Positions 49,901-58,900 of a stretch of DNA of 64,000 nucleotides are shown here, piece after piece. The notes beneath the pieces are model-generated. The model did no database searches and was not told where the DNA came from. It worked only from the letters and a program-made list of their open reading frames with translations. A program made the translations under genes and the position numbers. Position 1 is the first letter of the stretch. Each line of letters starts with the position of its first letter. The stretch is from Camelus dromedarius (Eukaryota): NCBI RefSeq assembly GCF_036321535.1, contig NC_087438.1, forward strand, positions 10,356,001-10,420,000, given 5' to 3'.

Positions 49901-52900
49901 GGGTTGTCCCCATGGCTGCAGCATCTTCGGGACACTGGAATCACGCAAGCTTGTAAGAGGGCTGCCCACCAAGGGACGTGTGAAGGAGGCAGAGTAGCTC
50001 TCCATGAGAGCAGAACAGGAACTGATTTACTTTACAGATGTCCCCCGTTCTTCTTTTAAAAGGACAAACGTGGAAACGATGAGGGATGCCAGCAGCTCGG
50101 CGTGATCCTGGAATACATGTTCTCGGTGAACATTTTATCTGGCAAATTTGGGACCTTTTCCATGATCTGATCTGTCAGCGAGCTGAAGAGCTACTCGTTG
50201 TGGCTTTTTTTATTTAATAAAACTTTAAAAAATGAGCATGAGAGTCCCAGTGATGTTACCATGACATAGGTAGAACCCAGCACGGCATCAGTGTGAGGAT
50301 GAGCTGTTCTTTTGACGGTGCAAGGAAGTCGGGGCTAAAATAAACTTCCAAAGGAAAATGTCACCATCGCCATAGTTTGTTTTTTTGTTTGTTTGTTTTA
50401 AGATTGTTCCTAAATTGCTTTCTAGAGAAACCCTGGTGATCAGTTACTGAAAAAAGGCACCCAGTTAAGTAGCTAAAGAGTGGCACGGAGGGAGGGTGCA
50501 GAGTCCCTCCGTGCCCACCCGGTGAGCCCTGCTCTGGGCCGTCATGCAGCGGCCCACGCAGACGCGCACTGTCCTGCCACCAGATTTCACTTCAGTTCCC
50601 CTCTGCCTTTTTGTTCCTCTTTCCCTCTACAGAGTGAAAGTAGCAGCAGTAGCAACATCTCCACCATGTTGGTGACACACGATTACACGGCAGTGAAGGA
50701 GGATGAGATAAACGTCTACCAAGGAGAGGTCGTTCAAATTCTGGCCAGCAATCAACAGAACATGTTTCTGGTGTTCCGAGCCGCCACTGACCAGTGCCCC
50801 GCAGCCGAGGGCTGGATTCCGGGCTTCGTCCTGGGGCACACCAGTGCAGTCATCATGGAGAACCCCGACGGGGCTCTCAAGTGAGTGCCCGGCAGGGCAG
50901 CTGGGGTTGGGGGAGCCTGGGAGGGGGCGCCCGTGGAGAGAAAGCTGCGCTGTGGTCAGTTGAATGAGTTCATTCCTAAGTGCTGTGTGGAACCCCGAAG
51001 TGAAAATGGGCTGGCCTTCCCTCTCAGACTCGTTTGATGAGTTCTTTTAATAACCTGTGTTTGCACACACGTGGCTTTTTTAAACCGCTAGGTAGAACAC
51101 AGAGATATTTTAAGTCCCAGAGGTCCTGAGAGGGGAAGCTTTTTAAGACCCCCTAACTCGTTACTGGTTGTGCTGAGGGTGCGTGGGTGAAGATCATCAT
51201 TCTGTAAGCTGCAGCTAAAGGTCTGTTATGCCATTACCATTACGCCCTATATATACTGGAAGATTAGTTCAGTTAAGAAACTTGAAACCAATTTTGCTGC
51301 ATTAAGCATTATTTTAAAGGAAGCTGAATTCAGCTGCTGGTTTCAAACTCTGCCCTTCCCTGAATCTCTCTGGCTATGGGAGAGGACAGCCAGGTGGCTT
51401 CTGGGAGTGGAAGCATTGCAAACCTATGATTTTTAAGTCTTCAAAGGCTTCAGCCCAAAAAATCAGACTCAAGAGCACTAACAGTGGCCACATTCCTCTC
51501 CAGGCATGGCAGTTCCCCTGCCTGGGTTTGCAGCCCAGACTGGCCAGCATCCCAGCACCACCCTGTACCTCTGGGCTCAGCGTTCACACCCGGGCTTGAG
51601 TCCGGGCTTGAGTTCAGGCTACAAAGAACCTACTGTCCTTAACAGTCCCTTGTCCTGTTTCTCCTTGATATATGGAAATATTTTATTCTGGCACATTGTT
51701 CAAGAGTCCCGTTTTTTATTTTGCTTTCTCAAAAATATTCTCAGGTCCTGTATTAGGGTTCTGCAGAGAAATAGAACCAATAGAGTGTAGGGGTGTATGT
51801 ATGTTATAAGGTATTGGCTCATACAATTGTGGAGACCGGCGAGTCCAGATCTGCACTGTGGGCCAGCAGGCTGGGGGCCTGGAAGAGACAGTGGTGCAGA
51901 TGAAGCCTAAAGGCATTCTGCCTGAGAATTCCCTCTTGCTCAGGGAGGCCAGTCTTTTTGTTCTAGTCAGGCCTTCAACTGATTGGATGAAGCCCACCAC
52001 ACTTTGGAGGGCAGTCTGCTTTACTCTACCAATTAAAATGTCAATTTCATCCAGGAACACCCAAAATGATGTGTGACCAAATAACTGAGCGCTGTCAAGT
52101 TGATACATAAAACTAACCATCCCAGGTACCTTTGTATTTTAATCCTTAAAACTTAACTTAAGAAATTGTTGGTTTTATATCTCTGGTTATCGAGAACCAC
52201 AGGAAAGTTCTCCTCAGCAGAGATGACTGTTGCTAAAGGAATCTCAGTCCCCTGACAGCCGCCTACGTTGGACAGTCAGCTCTTCTCTAATGCTTTCAGG
52301 GAATCATTTGCTAAACACTGGGGAGGCATAATACTAGCAATGTGTTATCCGCCCCCTAGGAAGGCAACATCTTGGCACACAGCACTCCGTTTAAGGAAGA
52401 AATCTGAGAAAAAAGATAAAGACGGCAAACGGGAAGGCAAGTTGGAGAACGGTTATCGGAAGTCCCGGGAAGGGCTCAGCAACAAGGCATCTGTGAAGGT
52501 GAGCACAGCGCCTCCAGGGACCTGTGTCGCTCCTCGGGGAGCAGGAGGAGCCTGGACCGGGTCCTGGCAGCACCCCGTCTCCCTCTGCCCTGCGAGTAGA
52601 CCCGAGGGCCTTTGTAGGGGGATGGTGTGGCCCAGGTATGCACCGGTGTTCCGAGGAACCAGGTATACAAGTGTACACCTCACTGGGCGCATGCGTGGCT
52701 GACAAGGACCGCCGCTAGGTTCCCAGAGGAAGCAGAGACTAGATCCCCAGAGGCAGGCAGAGCACGGGGCTCAGACCACAGGGGAGGTGACGAGATGCTG
52801 AGACACAGGGTCACCAGCTGCAGCAAGTTCCCTCGGCAGGAGCTTCAGCCAGCTTTACTCCTGTAACCAGAGTGCCTTAAACCTGTTCGGGTCCTGTTTG

Positions 52901-55900
52901 GAGAAAAAATATTTCCTAAAGGGAATCCAAGGACCCTGGGTCAGGACACCGGCCATTCTGCCGGAAGGAGGGGATCCAGGGATCCGCAGGACTCAGCTCG
53001 TAGGATGAAAATAAAGGACATCTCCAAGTTTAAGCAGCATTTTCGTGTTTATGGGTAGGAAAGAAAAAACTCTCCTCCATTTGTGTGACACGAAGCTTTC
53101 GGGTGCATTCAAAGGCAGTGAGATACCAGGCAGGCCAAGTTGTCTTTCCTCTCATCTTTCCACCATAGTTGCAGCCCTGGAATAAAACTAATGTATCTCA
53201 AGATAGCTTATGACTCTGGTTAATAGCTGTGTGCTCCTTCCATTTCAGCTTCTCAATCCCAACTACATATATGACGGTGAGTTCTGCTCTTTTGCTGCTA
53301 GTCTTTTAGGGGGCAGGTCTGTGGGGTTTCAGGACACTTGGGTGTAGCCTGTGGACATGGGTTTTCTGTGGAGCTCTGGGCTTGGACAGCATCTTAGGCC
53401 ACACACATCTGTTGGGGAAGCACTGGTGGGCACGGGAGGGGAGCCGGGTGACCGGCGTGACTGACTCCTTTCCGGTGCAGTTCCCCCAGAATTCGTCATT
53501 CCCTTGAGTGAGGTCACGTGTGAGACAGGGGAGACCGTTGTTCTTAGATGTCGGGTCTGTGGCCGCCCCAAGGCCTCGATCACCTGGAAGGGCCCTGAAC
53601 ACAGCACCCTGAACAACGATGACCACTACAGCATCTCCTACAGGTGAGGGGGCCCTTCAGGACAGTGAACGTGACCTCATTTCACTGGGACTGACAGTCG
53701 ACTCCCTTGGTCACCTTTGGCCCTGGGATGCCCCCCTCGTGAGGGAATGTGTCACACCTGGGTGGGCAGCTGGGATTGAAATCCTACTTGAAACTGCCCG
53801 TCAGCACCTGAGCTCCTGGTTTCCTGTGTCCCCGAGGGAGAGAGGGTGGGGGCTGGCGGCGGGGAGAGCTGAGCCGCCCTGAACCTGTGTGCCCTCCTGT
53901 GCGGCAGTGACTTGGGAGAGGCCGCTCTGAAGATCGTCGGTGTGACCACCGAGGACGACGGCATCTACACGTGCATCGCTGTGAACGACATGGGGTCAGC
54001 CTCGTCTTCGGCGAGTCTGAGGGTTCTAGGTGAGACGCCCCCCATCCCCGCCACACGCACACACTCGACGTGACCAAAAGTACGTGACACATCACTTGTG
54101 GGCTGCAAGGGGCAGACCAGCCTCTGGGATGCCCAGGCGGGTGACCCCTGGGCAGGCAAGGAGCTCGGCAAAGGCCTCTACCCACGGCCGCTGAGCCCGG
54201 GAGCCTCTGGTGCCGGCCGCGAGGAGCAGCAAGGGGCATCCTGTGCTCTTAGCACTCAAAACGCGTTCTCGTCCGCAGCTTTTCCTTTGTCTGATTATTC
54301 ATTTGCCACTTTGGCTCTAAGAGGAACTATTCTAAGTCAGTCTCATGTAGAAGAGAACCAAAAGGAAGGAAAGGAGGGAGTGTGGGTAAGGCCCGTGCAG
54401 GCTCTGTGCCCGTGCTAGACCCTGACAGCCCTGCAGTCCTCCGATCCCTCCCATGAGCGCGAGGTGACCTCAGTGGGACGAAAGCCCTTGCTCTCCCCGT
54501 GCCCAGCAAAGCCTGTTCTCTCTCCTCAGCTGAACCCTGAGCTTCTGGAGGCAGAGCCATATCTTAGGCCATTTAGAATTTCCTATGGTTGCACTTGACG
54601 TGTGCAGATGCTCTGAACCACACATCCAGGCTGATTTTCAGCTTCGATTTTGCAGAAGGCCCTCTGTGCCATCAGGGATGCTGGTGGGCCCGCCAGCTAC
54701 ACTGGGTATAGGAAGCTGCTTCCAAGAGTGAAAATTAAAGAACTAAATTAAATAAATGAAGTAAAATAATTTTTTAAAAGCTAAGGAAAAGAAAGAAATA
54801 AAAGAACTAAAGGTGAACTGAGTCCAGGGGCACCCTGTGTGTAGACAGTGAACACAGTTGTCCTAGAACTTCTATCTTTGTATCTTACTCCAGTGTATTT
54901 TAACCTCATTAAGTCAAAGGGTTCTGGGTTTTGGATCATGGTACAAGAAAGGAAGAAAACTTGAATTTGACCACAGATAATCATCCATGTTCTAATTTTA
55001 AAAGATGTCACAAAAATTATATAGTTGATTTCTTAAAAATAAAGCAGTAGTGAAAGCAAGGAAGTTTAGGGAGACAAGACTCTTCCTAGGAATATGCTGT
55101 CTTGTAGAAACGCGAGGGTGTGTTTATTTCTGTCGCACAAATCCATCTGTTTCTCATACTGAGTCCCAGCACACGGCATGGATTTTACCCTTCGTTCCGT
55201 GAACCACAGTTCAGATGCTCAGCGACCCCGAGCGGCTGCCGCGTTGGGCAGCACAGGGCTCTAGTCCCCACCCCCGAGAGGGGCCCGAGAACCAGGCTCA
55301 GGGAGGTGCCACTCTTCTTGCAGGTCCAGGGAGTGATGGCATCACGGTGACCTGGAAAGACAACTTCGACTGCTTCTACAGTGAAGTGGCTGAGCTTGGC
55401 AGGTAGGACGGAAACCCGCAGCCCCTCCTGAGGTCGCAGAGTGAGAGACGCAGCTCTGTGGAACACCCAGAGAAAGTTACAGGGTGTATTTTGCCAGCAG
55501 TTGCAAGTTAGGCGTGTGACCTCTGAAGTGTAACTTGTAATCACCTTTCGATATTAAACGTTGAGGAATAAGGAAGACATTTCCAGTCCAGGTTCCAAGA
55601 GAGAACCGACACTTACTGCCCTGACCCGACCATTGATGGGGTGAACTGACGCCCGCTCTGCATCTAGGGTGGCGCCAGCTGCGCCCCAGCCTTTGGAGAA
55701 CCCAGGGAAGGGGCGCTCAGACCCCTTCTTATGGGACGTCATTCTCTGAAACCCAGCTGGGAGATGCTGAATGTGTCCTGCAGGTTTCAGCTGCACCTGG
55801 CGATCTAGAGTGTACCCTAAGAGGGGGCTTCAACAGAGTAGGGCTGTCTCTCTCCAGACAGCAGCCAGGGCGCGGGCGGCAGCTCTGCGGTGCCCTCTGT

Positions 55901-58900
55901 CACCCAGGGTCTGCCACAGCTCCATGTCCACCTCACGTGGCCCTCATCCACCCTGCAGCGTTTCCTGTGTGGCAGGGGCGTCAGAAGCATGACACCCGAG
56001 CTTGTCCCTTTTGAAAAGCTTTCCAAGAAACCCCCCAGCAGCAGGCTCGCAGGTTCTGGTGGCCATTCCTGGGCTCCTGGCTGCCGGGGTCCATGCGCAC
56101 ACCTGCTGCATCAGCCCCACCTGTCTGCCAGCCGTCTGGCCACACAAGGCTCACCCTGCAGTCGGAGCCACAGGGATGTATCACTTCGTGCACCGTGTGA
56201 CTGGCCTGGCCAGCATTCTTTTCAATTCTGTTGGTCCCTCCTGGACTTGGTCAGCAGGCACTCCCACCCGCACCCACACGTCTGGCCTCGCCTGGGTCCT
56301 GGGCCTCTCTCCACATAGACTTTCACCCTGGGCTTCCTCGTGTGATGGCTGGAGCATCCCAGGAGAGCAGAAGCTGTGAGGCCTCTCAGGGCCCCACTTC
56401 AGAAATGAACAATCGCGCCTTCTCCGTATTCTGTGGGCAGACCGGGCCACCTGCCAGCCCCGACTCCAGGCAAGAGGAAGAGACTCGGCCTGTCTGAGGG
56501 AGGGGGGCAAAGTAGAGTGCCCATCCTCGGCCCAGCACAGTCTGCCCCTGGCCACAGATTTACGTCTTTCCTCACATTCCCCAGCCCCCAGATCTCATCC
56601 TGTGGTGGCAGCGGGCTCAGATCCGCGGTCCTGGATCTGGTCCAGGCACAGCTGAGGCTTCCTGGGGGGTGGTTCATTGGGTGCAGCTCCTGAGACCACA
56701 CACTAGAGATGAGTTACCAGCCCTACACACATATCCTACAACGGCAGGACAGAGCAGGGATGGCAAGAGATACTCCTGTCCAAAGTTGGGGAGGGCGTGG
56801 GGTGACCATCCATTCCAAGCTGCTTCACGTGGTGAGGAAGGTTTTCCACGAGAGCAAAGTGGAAGCTGCCTGGTAAGTCTCATGGCGTCCCTCCTGCCAC
56901 GTTCAGAGGTCAGAGGGAGTCACGTGGCCTGCCCTTACACGGGGGAGTCTGCTTCCAGGAGGGGGAGAGGCGGAGTCGCAGGCTGGCTCCCTCGAGGCCA
57001 TCGTGGGCCGCAGCCCCTCCGCGCGTGGCCAGGAGAGCAGGCTCACCTGCCAGAGGAGGCCGCCCCACATCTGGTCCATTCAGGGTAACAGAGTCTTTTC
57101 CTGGTGGCACAGGCAGAGTCCTCTGAAAGCTGTCTTCTCCACCTGCTTTCCAGGGGCAGGTTCTCTGTCGTCAAGAAATGCGATCAGAAGGGAACCAAGC
57201 GATCAGTGGCCACAAAGTTTGTGAACAAGAAGTTGATGAAACGTGACCAGGTCACCCGCGAGCTCGGGGTCCTGCAGAGCCTGCAGCACCCGCTGCTCGT
57301 CAGCCTCCTCGACACCTTCGAGACCCCCACCAGCTACGTCCTGGTTTTGGAAATGTGCGTGCCCGCCCGCTGCCCCTCCTCTCCCTGCCCCGGCCTCAGC
57401 CTCAGGTGGCCCTGTTGGTTACTCTCGAAGAAGGAGACAAAGTGGGACTCAGGATTCACAGGACTTCTGAGACACGTGTCCACTCTGAGACCACGGCCGT
57501 AGGGCTTCCCGGTGATGGTGCCAGGAAGCAAGGCCTCTGTACAAGCTGCCCACACGGAGGCACAGGCCAAGCAACAGAACGCCCGCCACCCAGGCTCCCT
57601 TGGGGTCTCAGCCTCCCTGGAGACTCCACCTAGTTCCCAGAGTCCCGTGGGGCTGGGCCACCCTGGCTGAGACCTGCCTGGGGCCTCCAGCCCAGCCCTG
57701 GGGCCCATCCTGGCCCTCAGAGCTCCTGGCCCCCAAAAGGTGGTTACAATGGGGAGATGAGGTGCACCTCACCTAAAGAACGGTCTCCTGGGGGTGGCTC
57801 TGACCAGAGCAGCCCCGCTGGTCCCCAAGGTCCTCACTGGGCCCTGTGTGCTACCTCAGTAAACGCTCTGTCGTTTAAAGATAAAGAGTATGACGCGTAT
57901 GACCCAGAGCAGTTTTGCCCCCCAGGGGACACTTGGCAAACATCTGCAGGCTTTTTGGTTATCACAGCTAGACGTTCCTCAGGGCACAGGGTGGCCTCAC
58001 AACGGAGAGTCACTGGCCCAGAGAATCAGTCACGCTGGGGTGGGGACTGCCCTTAGAACATCCCGGTCTCTCTGGACCATCTCGGCACTTAGCTTTGTTT
58101 AAATTCCTTTTCCTCCCTTTCAGGGCAGTCATTGCATACGTTTATTTACTTGGGTTTACAATTTCATTTCCATTGGCTCAAGTGAAACCTCTAGCGCCGT
58201 TTCGTAGTTCTTGACACGTTGTTGTAGGGAGAGGAGGCTGAGCAGGAGGACCGGCCGCTCGGGGCACGTTCATGGTGACAGCGGCTCCCTGATTGCAGGG
58301 CCTCCCTCAAGACAGATTTTCTGTCTGTCATATCCTTAAAGAATTTGTAAGTGCCTCTACCCTACAGCCTTCGTGGGCCTGTTCCGGCCTCTCTCTGGCC
58401 TAGCAAACCTGTGAGAGGGCGGGGGGCAGATGGGTCCTGCCCAGCGCCACCAGTTGTGAGGTCAGGGGACCTGGGCTCGTTTTCAGCCTCGCTCCTGTGG
58501 AATCCCAACCACTTTGGAAGGTTGCTGTGGGGCTGAGATGATGTCCAGGCAGAGACCTGGGAAGGGGCTTTCTGGCTCTGGAAGCTTGATGACTGACAGC
58601 TACTGCTTATCTTACTCAGGGAATTTTAACAGAGTCCTAGCGTGCTGGGCAGACTTCTACAAGACTTCGGTCTGCTTTAAATTTTCAGTGCATTTAGCTG
58701 TTATTTCTTTTCACTGGAAAACTAGATGATTTGGTCTCATCATACTGTAAATAGGATTTCTTTTCACAACAAATTACTCACAACCAAATTCCCATTGACA
58801 GCTCGCCATTACCATACAAGTGGCCGATATGTTCAGAGAGGCCAGGGCCAGAGCACACCATTGCAATTCCAGTCTTCACCTCCGAGCTGGGTGTCTTGGG